DNA of 64,000 bases, taken from the IMG/VR virus record IMGVR_UViG_3300049046_000039, positions 32,001 through 96,000 of that record. One strand, given 5' to 3'. A program made the position numbers and the translations under genes. A model generated the notes under the pieces. The model searched no databases. It was not told where the DNA came from and worked only from the letters and a program-made list of their open reading frames with translations. Below are positions 34,462 to 44,936 of the stretch, in pieces. Source of the stretch: a virus. The stretch's first letter is position 1. Every line of letters starts with the position of its first letter.

Positions 34462-35543
34462 TATAATACGAATCCTTTGAATGTTTCTTTGTTAACGTCG
34501 TTGTCCACTCCACCCACTACGTACTGAGTCTGTTGAGTCTCCTGCGGCGCGATCTGAACTTCGGCGCCACCGATCCACTTTCCAGTCCAAGGAAGAACAT
34601 TTTCTCTAGCCTTAACAGGATAGTCTACACCAATAGCGTTAGCGCACTTCCAAGTTCTATGGTCTACGAAGGAGCTGAGTAGATCGACATTAAGACCAAG
34701 CATAGAACCCTGGTTGAACAGGTACTTAGCCCAGTCCTTTTCTTGAGCAGCAACGTCAACGAAGATCTTAGTGGTTTCTGGTGCGCACTCTTCCTTAATC
34801 TTAGCGAAGTCTGGATCGTCCTTAGGTAGAGCTCGAATAGTCTGCTGTGTAAACGCTAAGTGCACGTTCTCGTCGCGGCAGATAAGCTTGATGATCTTAG
34901 CGTTACCCTCCATCTTCTTGAGCTCGGCAAAAGCCCAAGAGCACGCGAAGCTTACGTAGAATCTCACACCCTCTAGCGCGTTAATAGCGTGCAAACACAG
35001 CCAAAGAGCTTTCTTGTGCTCATATTGGTTGTAGTCCTTGGTTGAGATATCGTTTGCAGGATACTTGTTCTTGCACTCTAGACGCCAGTTCCAGTACTTT
35101 AGATTATCGTAGTACTTCTGAATGTCGCGACGACACTCCTGGATTTGTGGAATTGTGTCGATCGTGTCGTACACCTCGGTCGTGTCTGGAAACACGTTCT
35201 CGAGAATGTACTGATAAGAGCGAGCGTGAATGTTCTCCTCAAAGTCCTCCCACTTCTTGACGAAAGAGCGGAACTCTGGTAGAGACCAGATAGGACCGAA
35301 GACCTCACTTGGCTCGGACCCCTGAACAGAGTCTAGAAGAATCTGTCTCTTTAGATTTGCGGTAAAGATGTGCTTCTCGTTATCAGAAAGTGTCTTGAAC
35401 TCCTTCTGATCTCGAGACAGCTCAACCTCTTCTGGTTGCCATAGGAAACCTTGCTGCTTCATGAGCAGCTTGCGCATCCATGGATACTTTACTTTGTCGT
35501 ACCTACTGATGGCAATAGGACCGCCGAAGAATATATTACTCAT
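34461..35543 (-). CDS. nrdB: Ribonucleotide reductase class Ia beta subunit
   Basis: WQPEEV, QILLDSVQG, LEGVRFYVSFACS, RDENVH. Confidence 0.97.
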   Translation of the reverse strand: MSNIFFGGPIAISRYDKVKYPWMRKLLMKQQGFLWQPEEVELSRDQKEFKTLSDNEKHIFTANLKRQILLDSVQGSEPSEVFGPIWSLPEFRSFVKKWEDFEENIHARSYQYILENVFPDTTEVYDTIDTIPQIQECRRDIQKYYDNLKYWNWRLECKNKYPANDISTKDYNQYEHKKALWLCLHAINALEGVRFYVSFACSWAFAELKKMEGNAKIIKLICRDENVHLAFTQQTIRALPKDDPDFAKIKEECAPETTKIFVDVAAQEKDWAKYLFNQGSMLGLNVDLLSSFVDHRTWKCANAIGVDYPVKARENVLPWTGKWIGGAEVQIAPQETQQTQYVVGGVDNDVNKETFKGFVL

Positions 35544-35664
35544 GTACTGTTTCTTTCTATGTCTTTTCTAACATGGTTGATATATTTTAGCATGTGGTCA
35601 CGTTCTGGAGGTTGAAGCTCTTCTAGCTGACTCTTCAGACTCCTCAATAGTAAGTCACTGTCTA

Positions 35665-35850
35665 TCATTCAGATAAAAACTTCTGCTTTGTTAACTGGTT
35701 AGTTGAGACTACCACGCTGTTGCCGTCTTCTAAAAGCACGCGAACCGCAGTTGTTCCCGGGCTCAAGTGAATAATTCTTCCGACTTTACCGTTAGTGTCG
35801 AAACTGTCAGTGTCTAGTCTTACGGTATCACCTTCGTTTAAATCTTGCAT
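35665..35850 (-). CDS. Small SH3-like hypothetical protein
   Basis: ORF overlapping the nrdA end. Confidence 0.6.
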   Translation of the reverse strand: MQDLNEGDTVRLDTDSFDTNGKVGRIIHLSPGTTAVRVLLEDGNSVVVSTNQLTKQKFLSE

Positions 35851-38135
35851 CCGTCGCAGTCCTCTTCAAATTCTTCATCTTGTGATAGCAGAGCGCTACC
35901 TTCTTCTTCGATCTCACCAGCTTCATCGTTGGTGTTAAAGTAATAAGCGGTCTTTCCACCCCACTTGTAGTGCAGCAACATGTGCTGAAGTAGTTCTGAC
36001 ATCGGTATCTTCGAGTCAGGGTAGAACTTAGGGTTGTATGAAGTGTTAACAGAAATACACTGGTCGATGTACTTCTGAAGCACTGCCATGATCTTTAGAT
36101 ATCCTACGGGAGACTTCTGGTCCCATAGTAGATCGTATTTATTCTTGTACTTTCTTACCTCTGGTACGACCTGCTTTAAGTGGCCGTCCTTCGATCCCTT
36201 GACAGACACCAGAGCTCTTGGAGGCTCGATGCCGTTCGTAGAGTTTGATACCTGAGCTGAAGTCTCGGCTGGCATTAGAGCCATGAGAGTAGAGTTGCAC
36301 ATTCCAGTCTCGAGGATCTGCTCGATGAGCTCGTCCCACGGCATCGTCCAGTCCTTAGCGCCAGTCAGCTCGTCGACTGTCTTAGCGTAGGTGTGGATAG
36401 GTAGGATGCCCTTCGAGTACTTCGTCTCGTTAAAGCCAGGGCAAGCACCCTTCTCCTTAGCTAAGTCTGCCGAAGCCTTAATCAGATAATACGACCAAGC
36501 TTCAGCATAGTCGTCAATCATCTTAAGCTGCTCTTGCGTTACGTCCTGATACTTGATGTTGTTCTTAGCCAGGAAGTAGGCGAAGTTGATGATGCCAATT
36601 CCAAGAGGACGACGCTTCATGGTAGCGTTATAAGCCGCTACAACTGGGTAGTCCTGGAAGTCTAGCAGCTCGTCTAGAGCTCTAACTAGAAGCTTAGCGC
36701 CTCGCTCAAAGTCTTCTGGACGACGCACCTTACCCCAGTTCTGAGCTGCTAGAGTGCAGAGAGCTACTTCAGCTTCAGCGTCGTGAAGATCGTCCTGTGG
36801 TACAGTCGGAAGGCCGATTTCTGCGCATAGGTTAGACATCCTGATAGGAGCTACCTTCTCGAGGAACGGACCCTGAGTATTGACGTTGTCTACATTGTGA
36901 ATGTAGATTCGACCAGTGTCCTTACGCTCCTGCATGAACATCGTAAAGAGTTCGAAGGCAGAAACGACTTCCTTCTTGATCTTAGGATTCTTTTCTGCTG
37001 CTTCGTATAGACGCTTGAACTCGTCCTGGTCTGAGAAGAAAGCTTCGTAGAGACCTGGAACATTCTTCGGTGAGAATAGCGTAATGTTCTCACCATTGAT
37101 TAGTCTCTCGTACATGAGACGATTGAACTGGACTCCGTAGTCTACGTGCCTGATTCGATTGTCTTCGGTTCCCTTGTTGTTCTTGAGAACAAGGAGCGAC
37201 TGTATCTCACTATGCCAAATAGGATGATAGATGGTCCCAGAACCACCGCGAACACCACCCTGCGAGCAGGACTTAAGTGCCGCCACCAGAAGCTTATAGA
37301 AAGCCGTATTGCCCGTGTGAATCGCATCTCCCTCTCGAATAACTGCGTCGAGGCCTCGAAGAGCGCCCATACCCAGACCAATGCCAGCGCGATTTGCCAC
37401 GTACTTAACAGTAGTACCAGTAGAAGCGATAATAGAGTCAAGGGAGTCACCTACTTCGATAAGAACACATGAGCTGAACTGGCGCTTAGGAGTTCTAACA
37501 CCAGCCATGATAGGAGTTGGAAGACTTACGTCAAACTCGGACACTGCATCGTAGAGATCGCAGACCCACTTGAGTCGCTCCTTCTTAGGATACTTGTGGA
37601 AGAGAGACGCCGCGATCAGCATGAAAGAGATCTGTGGAGTCTCGTAGAACCTCTTAGTGTCTCTGTTTCTTACAAGATACTTGCCGCGCATCTGCTCCAT
37701 ACCGGCGTACGCGATATTGAAGTCTCTATCGTGGTCGATCCACTTATCGAGCTTGTCGAACTCTTCTTCGGTATACCACTCTAGCAGCTGCTCGTCATAG
37801 AACCCTGCTTCTACCACCCTCTTAACGTGATCATATAGTCTCGGCGGTGTTATGCTGTCGTATACTTCTTTGCGCAGAGCGTAGTTTACTAGGCGACCTG
37901 CTACGTACTGATAGTTAGGAGTGTGCTCGCTGATCAGCTCGTGAGCTGCCTTGATTAGAGCTTCCTGAATGTCTTTAGTCTTGATGCCGTCGTAGAAGTG
38001 CATCTGAGTCTTGAGCTCGATCTCAGATTCGGAAACACCGGCGATATCCTCACACGCCCAGTTAACTACCCGATGTACCTTCGATACGTCTAGCGGTTCT
38101 TTACTGCCATTTCTCTTTGTGACGTTTATCGCCAT
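35838..38135 (-). CDS. nrdA: Ribonucleotide reductase class Ia alpha subunit
   Basis: ATP cone VTKRNG, FSSCV, SNLCAEI, C-terminal CDGCKI. Confidence 0.98.
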   Translation of the reverse strand: MAINVTKRNGSKEPLDVSKVHRVVNWACEDIAGVSESEIELKTQMHFYDGIKTKDIQEALIKAAHELISEHTPNYQYVAGRLVNYALRKEVYDSITPPRLYDHVKRVVEAGFYDEQLLEWYTEEEFDKLDKWIDHDRDFNIAYAGMEQMRGKYLVRNRDTKRFYETPQISFMLIAASLFHKYPKKERLKWVCDLYDAVSEFDVSLPTPIMAGVRTPKRQFSSCVLIEVGDSLDSIIASTGTTVKYVANRAGIGLGMGALRGLDAVIREGDAIHTGNTAFYKLLVAALKSCSQGGVRGGSGTIYHPIWHSEIQSLLVLKNNKGTEDNRIRHVDYGVQFNRLMYERLINGENITLFSPKNVPGLYEAFFSDQDEFKRLYEAAEKNPKIKKEVVSAFELFTMFMQERKDTGRIYIHNVDNVNTQGPFLEKVAPIRMSNLCAEIGLPTVPQDDLHDAEAEVALCTLAAQNWGKVRRPEDFERGAKLLVRALDELLDFQDYPVVAAYNATMKRRPLGIGIINFAYFLAKNNIKYQDVTQEQLKMIDDYAEAWSYYLIKASADLAKEKGACPGFNETKYSKGILPIHTYAKTVDELTGAKDWTMPWDELIEQILETGMCNSTLMALMPAETSAQVSNSTNGIEPPRALVSVKGSKDGHLKQVVPEVRKYKNKYDLLWDQKSPVGYLKIMAVLQKYIDQCISVNTSYNPKFYPDSKIPMSELLQHMLLHYKWGGKTAYYFNTNDEAGEIEEEGSALLSQDEEFEEDCDGCKI

Positions 38136-38145
38136 CTGTTATCCT

Positions 38146-38811
38146 TTATTGTGTAGCAACTACTTCAGTAAGATACTGGAAGTACTTGGTAAGTTCGTCC
38201 CATGCTGACTTAGCGACCAGCATATGTTCTTTTTGAGTTCCGTTTGCCATTCTTAACTCGCAGTAGTGAATCCAAGAGCGAAGAGTTCCTGCCATGTACA
38301 TCCTAGAGACTGTAAGTCCTTCGGGCAGTACGGCTCGAGCCTGCTCCTTAGCTATACCGTTCTGGATCGCCCAGTTGTAAGCCTTAAGAGCCTTCTTCCT
38401 CACTTCATCTTGAAACACTTCCCACTCTCGCTGAAGCGCAGGGTTGTCTAACTCGATGCTGTTCTGCCTGTTCTTACTGTCTTGAAGTCTAGCTTCACGG
38501 TCTACGATGAGACCTAAGTCAGAAGTCGGGTCGGCGTATCTCTGGCTGAACTCTTGGAATGAGAACGACCTGTGTCTTAAGATCTGCCTGGCGATGTCTC
38601 GAGTTGTATTGATCTCCATTACGACGTGCACCATCTCTAGTGGAGACCAGTGAGAGTGCTTGATCAGATACTTTAGTAGTTTTTCAGACGTCTCGTGGTT
38701 CATCTGATTTGACGGGTTAGATACTCTGGCGCAGTATGCTGCGAACTCAGTAGCATTACCCAAAGAAGCATCGACCGGAGTGGTCAATGCTATAAGCTTC
38801 GCGTCGTTCAT
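38146..38811 (-). CDS. thyX: FAD-dependent thymidylate synthase
   Basis: RHRSFSFQEFSQRY. Confidence 0.97.
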   Translation of the reverse strand: MNDAKLIALTTPVDASLGNATEFAAYCARVSNPSNQMNHETSEKLLKYLIKHSHWSPLEMVHVVMEINTTRDIARQILRHRSFSFQEFSQRYADPTSDLGLIVDREARLQDSKNRQNSIELDNPALQREWEVFQDEVRKKALKAYNWAIQNGIAKEQARAVLPEGLTVSRMYMAGTLRSWIHYCELRMANGTQKEHMLVAKSAWDELTKYFQYLTEVVATQ

Positions 38812-39032
38812 TATTTCTTCAATCTTACTTTGTAGTTAAGTTTGGAACTCAGATAGTCTTCAAAGTACTCCACTCTCGTAGAATAGAGCTTATCATCGTA
38901 TGAAAAGTTAACCATCGGATACATAGTTCGTGGTGACATAGTCAGCGACTGTATCGTTGGTAGAGTATCGAACTGTTCTAGATTATCCTCGACGTCGATA
39001 TATCGAGATAGTACTTTTACACTTTCTTCCAT
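38811..39032 (-). CDS. Hypothetical protein
   Basis: Coupled ORF between primase and thyX. Confidence 0.65.
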   Translation of the reverse strand: MEESVKVLSRYIDVEDNLEQFDTLPTIQSLTMSPRTMYPMVNFSYDDKLYSTRVEYFEDYLSSKLNYKVRLKK

Positions 39033-40027
39033 AAGTTAAGTCTTAGTTCAGCTTCTAGTCCACTGAATGTATTCCTATCTATAATTTCTCGAACTTGATC
39101 TGGCGTAAATCCGCCGAGGACCATGTCGTTTACGTCCTTAAAGTTCAATCCGTTAGGCCAGATGCACACCTTAAGACCGTGCTTGATGCACTTATTTATT
39201 TTTGCCACTGTCTCTTTAGAGCGAGGCTCATTATCGAATACGATAACGTTGTTCTCAAGATTAAGATGCCGTAGAGTTGAGATTTCTACACCACCAGCAG
39301 TAGCTACAGCATTTGGTAGAAACATCGTGTCGATAGGTCCTTCTAGAGTGTAGGACTTATTTCCACGGTCATACTCGTCGAGTCCGTATATCTTAGGAAC
39401 AGACTCGTCTAGCTGGATAGTGATGTAGCGTACGTCGCCCTCGAAGTATCGAGCCTGCATAGCGTGCATTCTTCCGTCCTTGTTGACGAAAGGTATGACC
39501 AGCGCGGGTCCGTCGTGCTTTAGCGCTTCTTCTTTAAACTTTCCAGGGACGATGGTGTTAGCCCACGACATAAACTTAGGAGCGAAGAACAGCTTAGCGT
39601 GATACTTGTTAGGTATCGCTCTGTTCTGAACGTACTCTTTAGCGTAGTGTCCTTGCTTAAGCTGGCTGATCTTGCGAAGGTTCTTCAGCTCAGTCTCACC
39701 GATGTACTTTGGTTTATTGTAGTGTGTTACTGGATCGACAGTCTTAGGACCGCCAGACTCCATAACTTTTTCGACTAGAAAGTCATTGTAGACGAACTCG
39801 TCTACTTCCTTAAGGAAGTTTGGAATGCTTCGAGTTCCACATCCATTGTGGCAGTGAAACAGTAGCTTACCCTTCTTTTCGTAGATGTACGCTCGAGCTT
39901 TTCTCTGATCTTTAGACGAGTCGCCGCATAGAGGACAGCTAAAGTTGTATAGAGTTCCAGACTTACGCTTAAAGTTTCTTAGGCGTGTACTGAGCACACC
40001 GATATACTTGGTTTCTAACCAACTCAT
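39017..40027 (-). CDS. 61: DNA primase gp61
   Basis: CPLCGDS...CHNGC, EGPID, FDNEPR, KDVNDM. Confidence 0.97.
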   Translation of the reverse strand: MSWLETKYIGVLSTRLRNFKRKSGTLYNFSCPLCGDSSKDQRKARAYIYEKKGKLLFHCHNGCGTRSIPNFLKEVDEFVYNDFLVEKVMESGGPKTVDPVTHYNKPKYIGETELKNLRKISQLKQGHYAKEYVQNRAIPNKYHAKLFFAPKFMSWANTIVPGKFKEEALKHDGPALVIPFVNKDGRMHAMQARYFEGDVRYITIQLDESVPKIYGLDEYDRGNKSYTLEGPIDTMFLPNAVATAGGVEISTLRHLNLENNVIVFDNEPRSKETVAKINKCIKHGLKVCIWPNGLNFKDVNDMVLGGFTPDQVREIIDRNTFSGLEAELRLNLWKKV

Positions 40028-40092
40028 AATTACTCACTTAAATGGATAACCCACTTATATCATAGTTTGGATTCATTGTAAAGGTAAATCCG

Positions 40093-40821
40093 TTATTTCC
40101 AGAACTGCCACCATGATTTTTTTTCACCAATGTTATCGATAGTGCTTAGCTTATCGACTGCAACTCTTCCGGTAGAACTTATCTTAGACTCTAGCGAAGG
40201 ATGTGGAGAAGGAAACTCTCTGTTTTCAGTAGTAGACGTCGCTTCAATTATGCCTACGACCATTCCCTTGTCGTCGATAAGAGGACACATGACAGACTGA
40301 ATGACTTTGTATCTCTTTAGATACGCTTCGTACATTTCGTCTGGAATGTCATCGACTGCAAATCGCACGCACTTAGGTTCTACACCCTTTGGTACGATGA
40401 ACATTCTGTTAAGAGTTTGAGACATCGTAGACACTGGATAGCTCATCCACGACTCTTGGTCGGTAAGACCTTGGCCTGGAGCTGATACAGCATACGTCGT
40501 CTGAATGAACATAAATGGAATGCCAGTTATACCTTTACGTCCGTTGTGAAATTGACGTATCAGTATGCGATCAGCCTTGATGTCATTTCTTAGAACTTCG
40601 AGTCTGTTCGGTATCTCTTCGTTGAGTTGAACCACGCGAAGAAAGCGCTCTTGCTCTAGAGCAGGCGAGTCGGGTGGATTCGAGAGAATATTATTGTTGT
40701 CTATAGTAATATAGAGAAGAAGACACGTTATGATGATGATTACGAATGCTAGAGGCGACTTGAGCCAGGCTTCGTGTAGGGTAGCAAAAAGTTCTTTAAC
40801 AGCGTTGATGATATCAGCCAT
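40093..40821 (-). CDS. Single-TM protein with GAF-like domain; T4 holin T-like architecture
   Basis: N-terminal TM, DRILIRQFHNG, CPL....G..VGII. Confidence 0.55.
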   Translation of the reverse strand: MADIINAVKELFATLHEAWLKSPLAFVIIIITCLLLYITIDNNNILSNPPDSPALEQERFLRVVQLNEEIPNRLEVLRNDIKADRILIRQFHNGRKGITGIPFMFIQTTYAVSAPGQGLTDQESWMSYPVSTMSQTLNRMFIVPKGVEPKCVRFAVDDIPDEMYEAYLKRYKVIQSVMCPLIDDKGMVVGIIEATSTTENREFPSPHPSLESKISSTGRVAVDKLSTIDNIGEKKSWWQFWK

Positions 40822-40868
40822 TATGTATTTCCTATAGTGTAGAACATAATAACTGAACGACGCTTAGA

Positions 40869-41027
40869 TCAAGTTTTTGGTGTGCCCCTTCTAAGCATCT
40901 GTGCGTCTTTGAGTATAACACTAAGTTTTTTCTTCTTAACACCTGGCTCTGAGTTCGGGTAGCTTCCAGTCCCAGTACCAGCGATAGCGCCGGAACCCAC
41001 ATTATTTATTGCTACGTCTTCGTTCAT
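40869..41027 (-). CDS. Small T4-like protein (52 aa; absent from ORF track)
   Basis: MNEDVAINNVGSGAIAG...EPGVKKKK. Confidence 0.65.
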   Translation of the reverse strand: MNEDVAINNVGSGAIAGTGTGSYPNSEPGVKKKKLSVILKDAQMLRRGTPKT

Positions 41028-41416
41028 CAGATCTTCCTTAAAGCTTGAATGACGTTGTCATCCATCGGAATAATATCGGTCTCATATGCTGGTATATCAC
41101 GAACGTTATAAACTACTTCGGGCATTATACTGAGCATAATCAAGAAGGGCTTAATGTAAGTCAATTGGCTCTCCATCTTTAGAAAGATCATCCTGACTAA
41201 AGGTGTAGGGCCGAATACATTGTTTAGAATTATTAGGTGGTTTAATATAAGCCGTTCTTTTAGATCACCTGTCTCTACATATCGAGTTATCAGCTTCTTA
41301 ATGTACTTGAATCGATTCAAGTCTTCATTAAATTCCTCGACTGAACAACACTGCGGATTATCGTAGTGTTTCATGGCGTACATAATGAAGTTAGAGTCAG
41401 TTAATTTATCGACCAT
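41027..41416 (-). CDS. Conserved T4-like hypothetical protein
   Basis: NF..YAMKHYDNPQC....F.EDL.RFKY, LILNHLIIL.NVFG. Confidence 0.85.
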   Translation of the reverse strand: MVDKLTDSNFIMYAMKHYDNPQCCSVEEFNEDLNRFKYIKKLITRYVETGDLKERLILNHLIILNNVFGPTPLVRMIFLKMESQLTYIKPFLIMLSIMPEVVYNVRDIPAYETDIIPMDDNVIQALRKI

Positions 41417-41451
41417 ATATTTTAATGACGGGGACTGAAGTCCCCGTCAAA

Positions 41452-41967
41452 TTAACCTGCTAGCGTTGAGTTGTTGGCAGTCATTCCAGAAAGAGCTACT
41501 AGCGTTTCGACTTGAACTCTTCCAGCTCTACCACCAAGAACAGGTGTCACAGTAGCGCCAGTTCCCCCAGATGCAGCACCGCCAACAGAAACTCTGATAG
41601 CCGTAGTAGTTGAGGAAACGTTAGCGAAACCAGAGCCGCTTTCAGTAATCGTAAGCGAAGTAATACCTCCAGAACCGTTAGTTGCGACTGTAGCTACAGC
41701 GTTCACCGTACCTCCAGAAACAACAGCAACGTGCCCGTTAGTATATCCAGTTCCAGCCGCGCCGATAGTAAAGCTCGTTACTGGACCTGTTCCGCGCTGA
41801 ACTCTCGTCCAACCGGTGTGATTTGCTCTAGGACTAGCCGCAACTTCGCCGTCGTCTAAGCCTACAACCTGAGTACCGAACAGCTGAATGCCAGTATTCG
41901 GACTGGTAGAATTGATAGCGTACTTAGGCGCGTTATTAGCTTGGTCTATTTTACCCCATAGTGGCAT
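41452..41967 (-). CDS. Virion structural protein
   Basis: MPLWGK...H.GW...GRAGRVQ.ETLVA; late promoter at 41994-41987. Confidence 0.7.
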   Translation of the reverse strand: MPLWGKIDQANNAPKYAINSTSPNTGIQLFGTQVVGLDDGEVAASPRANHTGWTRVQRGTGPVTSFTIGAAGTGYTNGHVAVVSGGTVNAVATVATNGSGGITSLTITESGSGFANVSSTTTAIRVSVGGAASGGTGATVTPVLGGRAGRVQVETLVALSGMTANNSTLAG

Positions 41968-42003
41968 TTGTAATCTCCTTTTGTTTTATTTATAGATTAC
42001 GAA

Positions 42004-42435
42004 TTATTTGTATTCAGAGCTGGCGTCGTCTACGACGTTGCCCATCATATCGCGCTTCTTCTTGGGACGTCCTCGACCGCGCTTCATCTCGGCTAGAAGA
42101 TCTTCCAGAGCTAGCACTCCAGCAGAAGGTGCGTCTTCTTCAGTCTCAACGACTTCACTAGACTCTTCTACTGTTTGCTGCACTTCAACGTCTTCATCGA
42201 GAGTCTCGCCTCTTGAGAGAGCTCTCGAGACAAATCTCTTACGAAGGCTCTCGTTTATTTCTTCGAGACTCTCTTCACTCATAACTCTTAGGTGGTCGTT
42301 AGCCATATTCTTGTATTCCTTACCGTAATGTCTTCTCTTGTAGGTCTTAACTATCTCACCTTTAGAGTCTATCACGTGAGCTGAGTCTTCATGAGGTAGT
42401 CTACCTAGTTCATACTCGACTCTTGGTTTGTTCAT
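42004..42435 (-). CDS. Probable internal head protein
   Basis: LEE/INE/LDE motifs; KRGRGRP AT-hook-like stretch. Confidence 0.6.
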   Translation of the reverse strand: MNKPRVEYELGRLPHEDSAHVIDSKGEIVKTYKRRHYGKEYKNMANDHLRVMSEESLEEINESLRKRFVSRALSRGETLDEDVEVQQTVEESSEVVETEEDAPSAGVLALEDLLAEMKRGRGRPKKKRDMMGNVVDDASSEYK

Positions 42436-44891
42436 TTGCCTAGCTTCTTTGACATGCTGTCAATAAACTTAAGGCGAACTGCATTAGAAAGCTCTTCGTG
42501 CTCTTCCTTCGTTAGAAGTCTCTGACCACGACGATCGGCGATCATCTTATCAGACTTACGACCGAAGCCCTGGTTGAAGAGAATGTTTTGAACGTCTTTT
42601 CTGTCCATGCCCTTACGATCAGCAATCTTAGCTACTCTTTCTGCAGCAGGAGCTTTCATTCTCTTCGAAGGAACTCTGGCTGGTCTAGCGTAGGTGTCGC
42701 CTAGCTCGTCGAGCTGTTCTACTTCTTCTTTCTTAAGAGTACGATTTAGCTTCTTCTTCTCAGAGATAGACTTGTCGTTCTTCTTAGTACCGCCGGTGTA
42801 AGGACGAGTTATACCGATAGCCGCTTCGTGAAGAGCGCCCTTGAAGTTGTCCTTAGTAAGCTGAGCGTGAACATTTTCAGAGCTGTCGTGGAATGACTTT
42901 ACGACCTTACCCTTACGAACTAGAACGTGATGCTTCTTGTCTTCTGGGTGCTGGTGTAGAGTTACAGTCTCACCTGCCCTGTCCGTGTAGGTTCCGACCT
43001 TATGCACACCTTCTTCAAGCTGCTCTGCTTCTTCCTTGAGACCTGCTCTACGAAGATTCTGATCAGTCAGACCCTTGTAGTTAGTTACGTGAGATCCTAG
43101 GCTTCTATTGCCGTACTTCTCTAGCTTCTTGTCGTCGGCCCAAGGAGCTAACTTATTTGCAGCCTTCTTTACGTAGTTTCTGCGTACGTCAGCCTTTGTC
43201 TGCATCGCGATAGATGCTTCTCTATTACCGTCAGCTCCAAGCTTGTCGGCTTTGTGCTCGAGATCGGTAGCAGACTTCATGGCCTTAGGACCGAAGTTCA
43301 TAAGTAGCGCCTTAGAAACTTCATCTAGCTGCTCGTAGTGCTCTTCGCAAATAGTGGCGATGTCGTCTTCGTGAGCTTCCTTAAGAGCGCCGTTCAGCTT
43401 AGTCATGCGTGATAGCTCGAGCTTTGCCGTGCCGTGCGCGTCGTGATAGTCGTTAGTGTGGTAGTCAGCTGGCTCGTGGTGCTTGCCGTTGATGTGAAAC
43501 TTTACGACGTGCTCACCCCACTCAGAGTCCTTGTAGATCTTAGCGCTGTGCTTGCCGCAGTCAGAGTGAATTACTGCTGACAGCTTCTGACCCTTAGCTT
43601 CGTCCAGAAGAACCTTCTCTACGAGAGATCTTACAGTCTTAAGAGCTGGCGACACGTAGTCTTCTCTAGCGTTAACCTTAGCGGTTCCACCTAGCTTACT
43701 GTAAGCCATCTTACGGCCAGCTTCTCTCTTGACGTACTTCTTAAGGTCGCCACGCGAGGTTCTACCACCATCCATGTTAGTAGCAGTATCGATTTCGGCC
43801 TGCTGAGAGTCGTTCTTAGCGAGGTAGTTCTTAAGAAGCATTCTAGAAGTTTCATCTAGAGCGCGAATATCTTCAGCTTCTGCTTCCTGGAATAGAGCGT
43901 CGAACTCAGGATCGTTATCGAGGTTTTCTTCGTCGATCTTCTTAAGCTGGTTCTCCATGCGATTTACGATAGAGCGCTTATTGAGCGTGACGTTAACGCC
44001 AGCAATTTCAGCTTCGACCTGCTCGATGTCGCGATACTCTTCGCCTTCTGGCTCCTGATCTAGGTGCTTAGAGTTTAGAGTGTCGCAGTCTTCCTTAAGA
44101 CCGTGAGTCTTAGCTGCTAGCTTTGCGGTCTGGTGATATACACCGTCGTCAAAGTTGTGGATGTCCGTACCATCCTTGAAACTGTGTAGCGTCTTGCTGG
44201 TACCGTGAATCATGGTTGGCCAAGCGCCAAGAAGAGCGGCAACGCCACCCTTTACGTGAAGAACGTCGCCGTCCTTAATCTTTTCGTTAGTCTGAGTGTG
44301 ATCGTAGACTTCACCATGGCTCATGTGACGAAGATCGTGAACCTGCGGTTCTCTAGACTGAATGTCAGCCTTTCTCTTCTCGTCGTAGCGACGCATAGAC
44401 TCTTTGCTGTGATCGTTTGTAGCCTTATTGAAAATCTTCTTGCGCGCTTCTGGCATAGGTGGCTTATTACCACGCTCGTGGGGCTTATCGTCTATATGAT
44501 CGAGGTGCTTCTTCCACGTAGCGGTAATCCACTTGCCGCGAGTCTCATGAGAGATTTCGTCTAGCTGAACTACTTCTTCAGCAATCTTCGCTGGCTCTGG
44601 TTCTGGCTGAGTCTGAAGGTCTGGAGTGTCTACAGCATTAGAAGAAACGATCTTTGGAGCAGCGTGAATGCTGCCGTGGAAGAACGAGTTGTTAAGGATG
44701 TTGATAGCCTTTTCCGTGTCTGCCGGATCGACGGCGATAGTTCCGTCGTCCTTTCTAGTAGCAGTCACGCCATTAGCGCTGAGCGCCTTAAGAGCTTCAG
44801 CAACGCGGTCTGGTTCAGGAATCTTGAGAGTTGGAGCTGCACTCTCAGACATGATCTGCCTGATTAGATTTTCAGGTGTACGATAAGACAT
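42432..44891 (-). CDS. Large probable internal head (poly)protein with many gp21-type cleavage motifs
   Basis: Repeated QLDE(I/V)S, LKEE, LEE; late promoter variant CATAAATA at 44924-44917. Confidence 0.7.
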   Translation of the reverse strand: MSYRTPENLIRQIMSESAAPTLKIPEPDRVAEALKALSANGVTATRKDDGTIAVDPADTEKAINILNNSFFHGSIHAAPKIVSSNAVDTPDLQTQPEPEPAKIAEEVVQLDEISHETRGKWITATWKKHLDHIDDKPHERGNKPPMPEARKKIFNKATNDHSKESMRRYDEKRKADIQSREPQVHDLRHMSHGEVYDHTQTNEKIKDGDVLHVKGGVAALLGAWPTMIHGTSKTLHSFKDGTDIHNFDDGVYHQTAKLAAKTHGLKEDCDTLNSKHLDQEPEGEEYRDIEQVEAEIAGVNVTLNKRSIVNRMENQLKKIDEENLDNDPEFDALFQEAEAEDIRALDETSRMLLKNYLAKNDSQQAEIDTATNMDGGRTSRGDLKKYVKREAGRKMAYSKLGGTAKVNAREDYVSPALKTVRSLVEKVLLDEAKGQKLSAVIHSDCGKHSAKIYKDSEWGEHVVKFHINGKHHEPADYHTNDYHDAHGTAKLELSRMTKLNGALKEAHEDDIATICEEHYEQLDEVSKALLMNFGPKAMKSATDLEHKADKLGADGNREASIAMQTKADVRRNYVKKAANKLAPWADDKKLEKYGNRSLGSHVTNYKGLTDQNLRRAGLKEEAEQLEEGVHKVGTYTDRAGETVTLHQHPEDKKHHVLVRKGKVVKSFHDSSENVHAQLTKDNFKGALHEAAIGITRPYTGGTKKNDKSISEKKKLNRTLKKEEVEQLDELGDTYARPARVPSKRMKAPAAERVAKIADRKGMDRKDVQNILFNQGFGRKSDKMIADRRGQRLLTKEEHEELSNAVRLKFIDSMSKKLGK

Positions 44892-44936
44892 TAGGGTCTC
44901 CCACTGGTTTTTGTTTTATTTATGTGATGGGAATCT

